A DNA stretch of 64,000 nucleotides from positions 354-64,353 of the forward strand of contig DIAY01000284.1 in the NCBI GenBank assembly GCA_002414905.1, read 5' to 3'. Shown piece by piece: positions 1 through 8,254 of the stretch. The first letter of the stretch is position 1. Each line of letters begins with the position of its first letter. Position numbers and translations under genes: made by a program. Source of the DNA: Holophagales bacterium UBA5066 (lineage in GTDB: Bacteria; Acidobacteriota; Thermoanaerobaculia; UBA5066). The notes below the pieces were generated by a model that saw only the letters and a list, made by a program, of their open reading frames with translations, did no database searches and was not told where the DNA came from.

Positions 1-431
1 AGGGCGGAGGCCTCGAGAAGGTTCAGGCTGACGAGCGCAGCGAGCGGGAGAAGGTCGCGGACGAGGGTGTCCACGACAGTCGACCGCAGGTGGCGAACCC
101 CCGACCGGGGGACGAACCCGGGGTCGATGACGATAGGAAAGGGAGAGGAGGCGAGGGCCCTTGCGACCGTTCTGACGGCCGGGACGGTCGTCAGCAGGCC
201 CACCTTCGCGGAGGAGGGCGGGCGTATCGCGAGGGCGGCCTCGAGGGCGGCATTCAGGATGGCCACGGGGGCGTCGTGCGAGGGGCCCGCTTGCCGGATG
301 CCGTGTGAGGTCAACGCCGTGACGACGCCCGATCCGAGGACTCCCAGCACATCGAAGGCCAGCAGGTCGGTCGCGAGGAGTCCCCCGCCCGGGTCGGCGG
401 CCGAGATCGCGAGAGCGCAGGGAACGGACAT
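1..431 (-). CDS. ThiD-family hydroxymethylpyrimidine/phosphomethylpyrimidine kinase-like protein, N-terminal part only (gene runs off the window start)
   Basis: My own minus-strand translation from ATG at 431 gives MSVPCALAISAADPGGGLLATDLLAFDVLGVLGSGVVTALT...KVGLL...IVIDPGFVPRSG...LNLLEASA. This is colinear with ThiD blocks (AGxDPSGGAG, KIGML, VLDPV..KSG, PNLxEA). It is absent from the ORF track because there is no stop inside the window. Confidence 0.65.
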   Translation of the reverse strand, partial: MSVPCALAISAADPGGGLLATDLLAFDVLGVLGSGVVTALTSHGIRQAGPSHDAPVAILNAALEAALAIRPPSSAKVGLLTTVPAVRTVARALASSPFPIVIDPGFVPRSGVRHLRSTVVDTLVRDLLPLAALVSLNLLEASA

Positions 432-488
432 CAACGTGAGTTTAGACGGCCCTCCTGCTATCCTCGACATCCGGGAGGACGCTAGAAA

Positions 489-1697
489 GTGGCTGAAGAA
501 ATGCTCGCCTCGACCCCGCTCGCGGCCGGTGCACCGGCCCCGTCGTTCACGCTTCCCGGTCGCACCGGGGGCACGGTCTCCCTGGCGGATTTCGCCGGGA
601 AGGGCCATCTCCTCGTCTACTTCTACCCGAAAGACGACACCCCGGGCTGTACGAAGGAAGCGTGCAGCCTGCGCGACGGCTTCGCCGGGCTCCGCGAGGC
701 AGGCGTCACCGTTCTCGGGATCTCTCCCGACGATGTCGATTCGCACAACGCGTTCGCAGGCAAGTACTCGCTGCCGTTCGAGCTCCTGACGGACGCCGAT
801 CATTCGGTCCACGAAGCCTACGGCGTATGGGGAAGGACGCCCTGGGGTGTCGGGACGATCCGCAAGTCCTTCCTCGTCGGCCCTGACGGGAACCTCGTCC
901 ACGTCTTCGAGAAGGTCGACGTCGAGCGCCATGCCGAAGAGGTCCTCGCCGTCCTGAAGCCCACCCCGGTGGCGGAGGCGAGGGCCGCCGTCGAGGCCGC
1001 AGTGGAAGCAGCCGGCGCCGCGGTCACCTCGGCCGTCAAGGACGCGAAGAAGGCCGTCAAGGGCGCAATGAAGTCTCCCGAGGTAAAGGAAGCGGTCGCC
1101 GCGGCGAGACAGGCCGTTGCGGACGTGAGGAAGAAGCCCGCCGTGAAGAAGGCCGTGGCGGACGCGAAGCAGGCGATGGCTGGTGCCCGCAAGGCCGTGT
1201 CGGACGTGGGGAAGAAGCCCGCCGTCAAGAAGGCCGTGGCGCAGGCGAAAAAGGCCGTGGCGGACGCAAAGAAGCGGCCGGCGGTGAAGAGGGCTGTCGC
1301 TTCGGTGAAGAAGGCCGTCAAAAGTGCGAAGACCGCCGCTGCGGAGAAACCGCAGGGCGCGCTGGCGAGGCTTCTGGCTCTCGTGACGCCGAAGAAGACC
1401 GTTGCAAGGAAGAAGGCTGCTCCCACAAAGGTGAAGAAGGCCGTCGCAAGGAAGGTCGCCAGGAAGGCGGCGCCGGCGAAGGCAAAGAAGACCGTCGCGA
1501 AGAAGGCCGTCGCGAAGAAGCCCATGGTGAAAAAGGTTATGGTGAAAAAGGCCATAGCGAAGAAGGCGCCACCCGTAAAGGCGAGGAAAGCGGCGCCAAA
1601 GGCGAAGGCCGCGCCGAAGAAGTCCACTGCGAGGAAACCCGTCTCGCGGAAGGCCGCGCCGAAGAAACCGGCGCGGAAGAAGGCCGCGCGCCGCTGA
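489..1697 (+). CDS. bcp: Bcp-type thiol peroxidase (peroxiredoxin) fused to a ~245-aa Lys/Ala-rich histone-H1-like tail
   Basis: The N-terminal ~155 aa carry FTLPG...GKGHLLVYFYPKDDTPGCTKEACSLRD, the PxDxTPGCTxEAC peroxidatic/resolving Cys motif. The rest is KKAV/KKPA/AKKA low-complexity repeats. The start could be GTG 489 or ATG 501. Confidence 0.85.
   Translation: MAEEMLASTPLAAGAPAPSFTLPGRTGGTVSLADFAGKGHLLVYFYPKDDTPGCTKEACSLRDGFAGLREAGVTVLGISPDDVDSHNAFAGKYSLPFELLTDADHSVHEAYGVWGRTPWGVGTIRKSFLVGPDGNLVHVFEKVDVERHAEEVLAVLKPTPVAEARAAVEAAVEAAGAAVTSAVKDAKKAVKGAMKSPEVKEAVAAARQAVADVRKKPAVKKAVADAKQAMAGARKAVSDVGKKPAVKKAVAQAKKAVADAKKRPAVKRAVASVKKAVKSAKTAAAEKPQGALARLLALVTPKKTVARKKAAPTKVKKAVARKVARKAAPAKAKKTVAKKAVAKKPMVKKVMVKKAIAKKAPPVKARKAAPKAKAAPKKSTARKPVSRKAAPKKPARKKAARR
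955..1694 (+). repeat. Imperfect tandem coding repeats (Lys/Ala-rich, AAG/GCC-rich) forming the C-terminal tail of the bcp ORF
   Basis: Repeated DNA/peptide units, e.g. KKPAVKKAVADAKQA... / KKPAVKKAVAQAKKAVADAKKRPAVKRAV. Further on the sequence is KKAVARKVARKAAPAKAKKTVAKKAVAKKPMVKKVMVKKAIAKKAPP. Confidence 0.8.
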
Positions 1698-2018
1698 ATG
1701 GAGAGCTCCACCGCGGAAAGGTTCAGGGTCACCGATCGGGCCCTGGTGGCGATTCGCGCCGCCGGGCTCGATCCGGCCGGCACGTTCCTCGTCGTCCAGC
1801 ACGTCCTCGGTTGTGGCGGATCCGGCTACCGGATCCTGTTCCGTGACGCCCCGCTCGACGGAAGTATCGTGATCGACGGTCCCGCGGGCCTGCGGATCTC
1901 TCTCTGCTCCTACTCTCACAGCCGCCTCGACGGGGCGGCTCTCGACTACGATCTTGAAAAGGAGACCGAGGGCTTCTGGCTCGACCATCCGGACGCGGCG
2001 TTCGCCGCGTTCTGCTGA
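1698..2018 (+). CDS. HesB/IscA-like domain protein (degenerate C-terminal Cys motif)
   Basis: The ATG directly abuts the bcp stop (TGAATG). VVQHVLGCGGSGYRILF and LDGAALDYDLEKETEGFWLDHPDA match IscA blocks (GGCSGFxY; IDYxxxxxGxxFxIxNPNA). It ends in a single Cys (AAFC) instead of CxC. Confidence 0.55.
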   Translation: MESSTAERFRVTDRALVAIRAAGLDPAGTFLVVQHVLGCGGSGYRILFRDAPLDGSIVIDGPAGLRISLCSYSHSRLDGAALDYDLEKETEGFWLDHPDAAFAAFC

Positions 2019-2042
2019 GTCGACCAGGCCCCGACCGCGCGC

Positions 2043-2762
2043 ATGGCCAAGGACAAGATTTCCCGGAAAGACCTGAAAGAAAACGAGCTCGAGCACGCCA
2101 TCATCGGGGCACGCGACTACGTCGTCATGCACGAGGCGACGGCGAAGAAGTGGACGATTCTCGGCGTCGGCGCCGTCGTCCTCGTCGGCCTCGTCTGGGG
2201 CGGACTCGCTCTGCGAGGGCGGAGGCTCGACACGCGCCTTTCGGCGGCGCTCTCGGTCTTCGACGCCCCGCTCGTCGCAGACGGGGCGGGAGCCGCCCCG
2301 GGAGTGACGGTCTACAAGGATGCCGACGAGAGGCTCGAGGCGGCGAAGAAGCAACTGCGCGAGCTGGCCACCGACGCGCCCGGCTCGAGGCCGGGGCAGG
2401 CGGCCCGTACGATGCTCCTCGCGCTTGAAGGAGGGCCGACGCCCCCCGCGTCGCTCCTCGACGGCGCGCGCGACCTGGCCAAGCGGGACCCGGGCTCGAT
2501 CGCTTCGGGCGTCGCGGCCCTCGCCTACCTCGAGGCCGAGGCGGCCGCCGGGCGGCGGAAGGAGGCGATCAGCTCGGCGAAAGCCTACCTCGACGCGGCG
2601 AACCCGCCCCTCCCGAAGGACGTCATCCTCTTCACGATCGCCCGCTTCTACGAGATGGACGGGCAGCTGGCGGACGCGAAGTCGAGCTACCAGCGCGTCG
2701 TCTCCGATTACCCCGATTCGCCGATGCGATTCGAGGCGCAGCAAAAATCACAGGGGCTTTGA
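2043..2762 (+). CDS. Membrane-anchored TPR-like protein (YfgM/UPF0070-like architecture)
   Basis: Short cytoplasmic N-terminus, one TM helix (WTILGVGAVVLVGLVWGGLAL), then a helical repeat region ending ...ARFYEMDGQLADAKSSYQRVVSDYPDSP. Confidence 0.45.
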   Translation: MAKDKISRKDLKENELEHAIIGARDYVVMHEATAKKWTILGVGAVVLVGLVWGGLALRGRRLDTRLSAALSVFDAPLVADGAGAAPGVTVYKDADERLEAAKKQLRELATDAPGSRPGQAARTMLLALEGGPTPPASLLDGARDLAKRDPGSIASGVAALAYLEAEAAAGRRKEAISSAKAYLDAANPPLPKDVILFTIARFYEMDGQLADAKSSYQRVVSDYPDSPMRFEAQQKSQGL

Positions 2763-2772
2763 GGCGTTCGGG

Positions 2773-3939
2773 GTGAGCCCGCGCGCAATCGTCGTCGTCC
2801 TCGACGGCGTGGGTGTTGGTGCGCTTCCCGACGCCGATGCCTACGGAGACGCCGGTGCGAACACTCTCCGGAACGTCCTCCACGCCGCCCGGCCGCGTCT
2901 TCCGAACCTGACGGCGCTCGGCCTGCTGCATACGCTCTACGGCACGGGGACGAACGGCCTTCCGGAGCCTTCCGGCGCGTTCGGCCGCCTCGCGCCGGTT
3001 GCGCCGGGCAAGGACACGACCTCCGGACACTGGGAGCTCATGGGGCTGGCCGTGGCGGAGCCGTTCCCGGCGTTTCCCGACGGTGTCCCGCTCGAAGTGC
3101 TGGAGGCGTTCGAGAGGGCGATCGGCCGTGAGTCCCTGGGGAACCGGTCCGCATCGGGAATCGTCCTGCTCGACCAGCTCGGTGCCGAGCACGTGAGGAC
3201 CGGCAGGCCCATCGTCTACACCTCGTCCGATTCCGTGTTCCAGATCTCGGCGCACGAGGAGATCGTCCCCGTGGAGACGCTCTATGCCTGGTGCGAGGCA
3301 GCGCGGTCCATCTTCGACGGCCCCCATCGCGTCGGACGCGTCATAGCGCGGCCATTCGTCGGCGTGCCCGGGAGCTTCCGCCGGACGGGCCGGCGCCGCG
3401 ATTTCGCCGTTCCGCCGCCGGGAGAGACGCTGCTCGACCGCCTGCAGGCCGCCGGGAGGCGCGTCCTGGCCATCGGAAAGGTCGCCGAGGTCTTCGCGGG
3501 CCGGGGCGTGACCGAATCGATTCCGACGGATTCGAACCGCGACGGTGTCGAGGCCGCTCTCGAGGCCCTGCGCGACGACGGGGGCGACTTCGTCTTCCTG
3601 AACCTGCGCGACTTCGACACGCGGTTCGGGCACCGCAACGACGCGAAGGGATTCGCCCGCTCCCTGGAGGAGCTGGACGGTCTCGTCCCGGCGCTTGTCA
3701 GGGCGTTGCTCGGAGACGATCTCCTGTTGATGACTGCCGAACACGGGTGCGATCCGACCGACGCATCGACCGAGCACACGCGCGAGTACGCGCCGCTCGT
3801 GGCGACCGGTGCCGGCGTCCGGGCCGGGAACGACGTCGGGACACGCGAGACGTTCGCAGACGTCTCGGCGACCGTCGCCGCGCACCTCGGCGTCGCCCCG
3901 CTGGCGGGCCGGGACCTCCTGCCCGTCCTCAGAGGCTGA
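2773..3939 (+). CDS. deoB: Phosphopentomutase
   Basis: GTG 2773 lies in the frame of track ORF 2320..3939. Sequence is VSPRAIVVVLDGVGVGALPDADAYGDAGANTL...GKDTTSGHWELMG...YTSSDSVFQISAHEE...NLRDFDTRFGHRND...TAEHGCDPT. 388 aa, the typical DeoB length. Confidence 0.9.
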   Translation: MSPRAIVVVLDGVGVGALPDADAYGDAGANTLRNVLHAARPRLPNLTALGLLHTLYGTGTNGLPEPSGAFGRLAPVAPGKDTTSGHWELMGLAVAEPFPAFPDGVPLEVLEAFERAIGRESLGNRSASGIVLLDQLGAEHVRTGRPIVYTSSDSVFQISAHEEIVPVETLYAWCEAARSIFDGPHRVGRVIARPFVGVPGSFRRTGRRRDFAVPPPGETLLDRLQAAGRRVLAIGKVAEVFAGRGVTESIPTDSNRDGVEAALEALRDDGGDFVFLNLRDFDTRFGHRNDAKGFARSLEELDGLVPALVRALLGDDLLLMTAEHGCDPTDASTEHTREYAPLVATGAGVRAGNDVGTRETFADVSATVAAHLGVAPLAGRDLLPVLRG

Positions 3940-4133
3940 TCGGACGAGGCCGGAAAGCCTCTTCTCGGGTATCCTTCCCCGATCGCTTCGCACCAGACTC
4001 TCCGGGCGCTCGCCGCCGACTTCGCCTCCCGGGATCGGACCGGGACACAGGAGCCCGCGCGGTGACGTTCCCGGGAGAGTGCGTCAGCGGGGCGATGCCG
4101 CACGAATTCTGACCGCGCCTCTAGGAGGAAGTT

Positions 4134-5420
4134 TTGGACCGTTTTACCGGCTTCATCGGGCTCGCCGTCATCCTCCTCGCCTGCTACGCCCTCTCCCATG
4201 ACAGGAAGCGGATCCGCTGGGCTACGATCGTCTGGGGAGTCATTCTCCAGTTCGCGCTCGGCTGGTTGGTGATCTCCTGGAAGATGGGAGCCAGGGCGCT
4301 CAAGGCGTTCTCGGACGGCATCACCGGGGCCATCGCCTTTTCCGACAAGGGAGCCGAGTTCGTCTTCGGCTGGCTGTCGGACCCGGCGATCGGAGGGCAG
4401 ATCGGAGCCAGGACAGGCATCGACTTCTCGCCCTTCATCTTCGCGTTCAAGGTGATGCCGATCGTCATCTTCATCGCCTCGTTCTTCACGATCCTCTACT
4501 ACCTCGGGGTCATGCAGAGGGTCGTGCAGGTCTTCGCGGTCGTGATGACGAAGCTGCTGAGGATCTCCGGCGCCGAGTCGCTGGCCGTGTCGGCGAACAT
4601 CTTCATCGGGCAGACGGAGGCGCCGATCATCATCGCGCCGTACATCCCGAAGATGACGATGTCCGAGCTCATGACGATGATGACGGGCGGGATGGCCCAC
4701 ATCTCCGGTGCGGTCCTGCTCGCCTACGCGGCGATGGGGATTCCCGCGGAATACCTCATCACCGCCTCCGTCATGGCTGCCCCGGCGACGATCGTCGTCG
4801 CCAAGCTCCTCCGCCCCGAGGTGGAGGAGCCGGCGACGGCGGGCGACGTCCACGTGAAGATCGAGAAGGAGCACGCCAACGTCATCGAGGCCGCTGCCTC
4901 CGGCGCCTCGCAAGGGATGTCCCTGGCGATCAACATCGTCGGAATGCTCATCGCCTTCATCGCCCTCGTTTCCCTGTTCAACGGTCTCCTCGGGTGGGTT
5001 GGCACCTACATCGGGTTCCCGGCGGCCGGCCCCGGAGTCGACCCGGCGACGACTCTCTCCGTTCAGTGGCTCTTCTCGAAGCTGCTCTGGCCGCTCGCGT
5101 GGGTGATGGGAGTGCCCTCCGTCGACTGCTCGAAGGTCGCCCGCCTCATCGGCTTCAAGACGGTGATCAACGAGTTCGTCGCCTACGCGGAGATGACGAA
5201 GATTCCGCTGACCGAGTGGACGACGAAGGGACGGCTCATCGCGTCCTTCGCGCTCTGCGGTTTCGCGAACTTCTCCTCGATCGGTATCCAGATCGGAGGC
5301 ATCGGGGGTCTCGCCCCGGGGCGCAAGGGCGACATCGCCCGCCTCGGACTCTGGGCCCTGCTCGCCGGGTCCCTCGCGACGTTCATGAGCGCCACGATTG
5401 CCGGCATCCTCCTCGGCTGA
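4134..5420 (+). CDS. nupC: NupC/CNT-family concentrative nucleoside transporter
   Basis: GGAGG sits 5 nt upstream of TTG 4134. Polytopic membrane protein with NupC N-terminal and C-terminal blocks (GFIGLAVILLACYALS, FIGQTEAPIIIAPYI, GFANFSSIGIQIGGIG). Confidence 0.85.
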   Translation: MDRFTGFIGLAVILLACYALSHDRKRIRWATIVWGVILQFALGWLVISWKMGARALKAFSDGITGAIAFSDKGAEFVFGWLSDPAIGGQIGARTGIDFSPFIFAFKVMPIVIFIASFFTILYYLGVMQRVVQVFAVVMTKLLRISGAESLAVSANIFIGQTEAPIIIAPYIPKMTMSELMTMMTGGMAHISGAVLLAYAAMGIPAEYLITASVMAAPATIVVAKLLRPEVEEPATAGDVHVKIEKEHANVIEAAASGASQGMSLAINIVGMLIAFIALVSLFNGLLGWVGTYIGFPAAGPGVDPATTLSVQWLFSKLLWPLAWVMGVPSVDCSKVARLIGFKTVINEFVAYAEMTKIPLTEWTTKGRLIASFALCGFANFSSIGIQIGGIGGLAPGRKGDIARLGLWALLAGSLATFMSATIAGILLG

Positions 5421-5437
5421 AGAGAAGGAGACAAGAG

Positions 5438-6400
5438 ATGGACTCTCGCTTTACCGAGACCGTCGAATTCCTCCGGGCCCGGATTCCCGTCCCGCCCGTC
5501 GTCGGCGTCATCCTCGGCTCGGGCCTCGGCGATTTCGCCGCGGCCGTCGAGGACCGTCTCGAGATCCCCTACGCGCAGATCCCCGGTTTCCCGGCCTCGG
5601 CCGTCGTCGGCCACGCCGGAACGCTCGTCGCCGGAACGCTCGAGGGGGTTCCGATCGTCGTCCTCTCGGGGCGGATCCACTACTACGAGGGGCATCCGAT
5701 GTCGGCCGTCATCACGCCGGCGCGCGTCCTCGGCCTCCTCGGCTGCCGCGACGTCGTGGTGACGAACGCGGCCGGCGGCATCGACACGTCGTTCTCCGCG
5801 GGCGACCTGATGCTCATCACCGACCACATCAACCTGTTCGGAACGAACCCGCTCATCGGGTCGAACGACGATCTGTTCGGCGCCCGCTTCCCTGACATGT
5901 CCGACGCCTACCGCTCCGACCTGAGGACTCTGGCGAAGGCCGCGGCACGGCGAGTCCGCGTGCCGCTGAAGGAAGGCGTCTATGTCGGGGTCACCGGGCC
6001 ATCGTACGAGACGCCGGCCGAGATCCGCGCTTTCCGGACGCTCGGGGCGCACGCCGTCGGGATGTCCACCGTTCCAGAAGTGATTGCGCTCAGTCACATG
6101 GGCGTCGGCGTCGTCGGCATCTCCTGCATCACGAACATGGCCGCAGGGGTCCTGAAGAAGCCCCTGCGTCACGACGAAGTCCTCGAGACGACCCGGCGCG
6201 TGAAGGACCGCTTCGTGAAGCTTCTGACCGCCCTCGTCGTCGCGATGGGCGAGGGGCGCTCGCCCGACCGGCTCGTCGTCGTGCCGTCGAGGAAGGCACC
6301 GGCTTCGAAGACGAAGGCCGGAAAAAAGGTGAGGGCCGGCACGAGTGTGGCCGCCCGGCGCGGGGTGCGCTCGAAAGCGGCTCCACGCGGGAGGAAGTGA
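5438..6400 (+). CDS. punA: Purine nucleoside phosphorylase (trimeric PNP/MTAP family) with a ~45-aa basic C-terminal tail
   Basis: ATG 5438 follows AGAAGGAGA. Sequence is VGVILGSGLGDFA...FPASAVVGHAGTLVAGTLEGVPIVVLSGRIHYYEGH...VVTNAAGGI...GPSYETPAEIRAFRTLGAHAVGMSTVPEV. The tail is SRKAPASKTKAGKKVRAGTSVAARRGVRSKAAPRGRK. Confidence 0.9.
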   Translation: MDSRFTETVEFLRARIPVPPVVGVILGSGLGDFAAAVEDRLEIPYAQIPGFPASAVVGHAGTLVAGTLEGVPIVVLSGRIHYYEGHPMSAVITPARVLGLLGCRDVVVTNAAGGIDTSFSAGDLMLITDHINLFGTNPLIGSNDDLFGARFPDMSDAYRSDLRTLAKAAARRVRVPLKEGVYVGVTGPSYETPAEIRAFRTLGAHAVGMSTVPEVIALSHMGVGVVGISCITNMAAGVLKKPLRHDEVLETTRRVKDRFVKLLTALVVAMGEGRSPDRLVVVPSRKAPASKTKAGKKVRAGTSVAARRGVRSKAAPRGRK

Positions 6401-6404
6401 CGCC

Positions 6405-6809
6405 GTGGCCGTCAGGAATCTCACCGCGGCCGAGCGTGACACCCTCGTCGCCGCTGCCACCGTAGCCCGCGAGAATGCTGCCGCACCCTACTCGCACTTC
6501 CACGTCGGCGCGGCGCTCCTGGCCGAGGACGGCCGCGTCTTCCAGGGGTGCAACGTCGAGTCGGCCAGCTACGGCCTGACGAATTGCGCCGAGCGGACCG
6601 CGGTTTTCAAGGCGATATCCGAGGGAGCGAGAGGCTTCCGGGCGGTGGCCGTCGTGACGGGTGCCGACGAGCCGACGTCGCCCTGCGGAGCGTGCCGACA
6701 GGTCCTCTGGGACCAGTGCCGCGACATCGCCGTCGTCATGGCGACGACCGGAGGCCGGCTCGAGGAGACGACCCTGGCGACGCTCCTCCCGCGAGCCTTC
6801 GAGCTGTGA
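6405..6809 (+). CDS. cdd: Cytidine deaminase
   Basis: APYSHFHVGAALLAEDGRVFQGCNVESASYGLTNCAERTAVF and PCGACRQVL match the CAE...PCGxCRQ zinc motifs. The start is set at GTG 6405, just after the PNP stop, and is approximate. Confidence 0.85.
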   Translation: MAVRNLTAAERDTLVAAATVARENAAAPYSHFHVGAALLAEDGRVFQGCNVESASYGLTNCAERTAVFKAISEGARGFRAVAVVTGADEPTSPCGACRQVLWDQCRDIAVVMATTGGRLEETTLATLLPRAFEL

Positions 6810-6817
6810 GGGGCAGA

Positions 6818-8254
6818 GTGTTGCGCGCCGCCCCGTTCCTCGCGGCCGCGCTCCTGGCCCTTCCGGCCGCCGGCACCCCGCCCGCAAAGCAGGCGGCCGG
6901 CCACGCGAAGAAAGCCCCGTGCGACCTCGTGGTCGTGGCGGGGGCCGCGCTCCCGATGGACGCCGCGTTCACCGTGCGAGGCGCGACGGCTGTCGCGATT
7001 CGCGGCGGGGAGATCGTCGCCCTCGGTGACCCCGCCACGATCGATGCAGCGTATCTGCCGAAACAGCGGATCGCCCGGCCGGGCGGCGTCCTCCTTCCGG
7101 GCTTCGTCAACACCCACACGCATGCCGCGATGAACCTCCTTCGCGGCCTTTCGAACGACCAGCCGCTCATGGACTGGTTGCAGAAGTTCATTTTTCCCGC
7201 CGAGGCGAAGAACGTCTCGCCGGAGTTCGTACGGGCGGGGACGGACCTGGCCTGCCTGGAGATGATCCGGGGCGGGACGACGACGTTCGCCGACATGTAC
7301 TACTACGAGTCGGACGTCGCCTCCTCGGTGGAGAAGGCCGGCCTGCGCGGCGTTCTCGGCGAGACGTGGATCGACTTCCCGGTACCGGGGCATGCGAACC
7401 TGGCGGAGACGAAAGTCGTCACGCGGGCTTTCCTCGAGAAGTGGAAGGGACACCCGCGCATCACGGCGGCCATCGCCCCTCACGCCCCCTACACATGCAG
7501 CCGCGAGACGCTCCAGGCGGCCCGGGCGCTCGCCGACGAGTACGGCGCACCGCTCCTGACGCACGTGTCGGAGACCCGGGACGAGCAGAAGCAGATCTTT
7601 GAGAAGTATGGCAAGAGCTCGACCGCCTGGCTCGACGAGATCGGCTTCCTCGGGCCCCGTCTCTTGGTCGCTCACGGCGTCTGGCTGACACCCGACGATC
7701 TGAAGCTTCTCGTCGAGCGGCACGTCAGCCTTTCACACAACCCCGAGTCGAACATGAAGCTCGGCTCGGGCATCGCACCCGTCGTCGCCGCGCGTGAGGC
7801 GGGCGTCGTCGTTGCGCTCGGGACCGACGGCGTCGCCGGCTCGAACAATGACCTCGACATGTTCGATGCGATGGACTTTGCCGGCAAGCTCGCGAAGGTC
7901 TCGGCCCTCGATCCGACGCCGCTCCCCGCCCCCGAGCTTCTCCGGATGGCGACGATCGACGGCGCGAAGGCTCTGGGCCTCGACCGCCTCGTCGGTTCGC
8001 TCGAGCCCGGCAAGCGGGCGGACCTGATCGTCGTCGAGCTCGAGAACACCCACGTCCAGCCCGTGTTCGACCTCCCCTCCACCATCGTCTATGCCTCCAG
8101 GGGGGGCGACGTCTCGCTCTCTGTCGTCGACGGAAAGATCCTGTGGGACGGGAAGAGCGTCCTCACCCTCGACGAGGCGAAGGTCCTCGCCGCGGCGAAG
8201 GAGTGGCGGGGGAAAATCCTGAAGTCGCTCGAGAAGAGCGGAGAGAAGAAATGA
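6818..8254 (+). CDS. Amidohydrolase of the MtaD/guanine-deaminase/chlorohydrolase group (COG0402-like) with a signal-peptide-like N-terminus
   Basis: GTG 6818 is in frame with track ORF 6548..8254. N-terminus is VLRAAPFLAAALLALPAAGTPPAKQ. Core is LLPGFVNTHTHAAMNLLRGLSNDQPLMDWL...GGTTTFADMYY...LLTHVSET...VAHGVWL...LGTDGVAGSNNDLDMF. Confidence 0.8.
   Translation: MLRAAPFLAAALLALPAAGTPPAKQAAGHAKKAPCDLVVVAGAALPMDAAFTVRGATAVAIRGGEIVALGDPATIDAAYLPKQRIARPGGVLLPGFVNTHTHAAMNLLRGLSNDQPLMDWLQKFIFPAEAKNVSPEFVRAGTDLACLEMIRGGTTTFADMYYYESDVASSVEKAGLRGVLGETWIDFPVPGHANLAETKVVTRAFLEKWKGHPRITAAIAPHAPYTCSRETLQAARALADEYGAPLLTHVSETRDEQKQIFEKYGKSSTAWLDEIGFLGPRLLVAHGVWLTPDDLKLLVERHVSLSHNPESNMKLGSGIAPVVAAREAGVVVALGTDGVAGSNNDLDMFDAMDFAGKLAKVSALDPTPLPAPELLRMATIDGAKALGLDRLVGSLEPGKRADLIVVELENTHVQPVFDLPSTIVYASRGGDVSLSVVDGKILWDGKSVLTLDEAKVLAAAKEWRGKILKSLEKSGEKK

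Noticed and set aside
67-789. 240-aa plus-strand ORF at the window start
   Set aside because: It overlaps the ThiD-like gene (antisense) and the bcp start (out of frame). It is R/S/P/A-rich with no motifs.
818-1783. 321-aa minus-strand ORF rich in F/A/G/T
   Set aside because: It is the mirror image of the AAG/GCC-rich bcp tail. The antisense of Lys/Ala codons gives Phe/Ala/Gly runs. No independent support.
3940-4133. 194-bp intergenic gap before nupC as a possible purine or 2'-deoxyguanosine riboswitch
   Set aside because: I could not find the conserved purine-riboswitch loop and junction sequences or any other consensus I know. It may simply hold an internal promoter. An Rfam scan is left as a suggestion.
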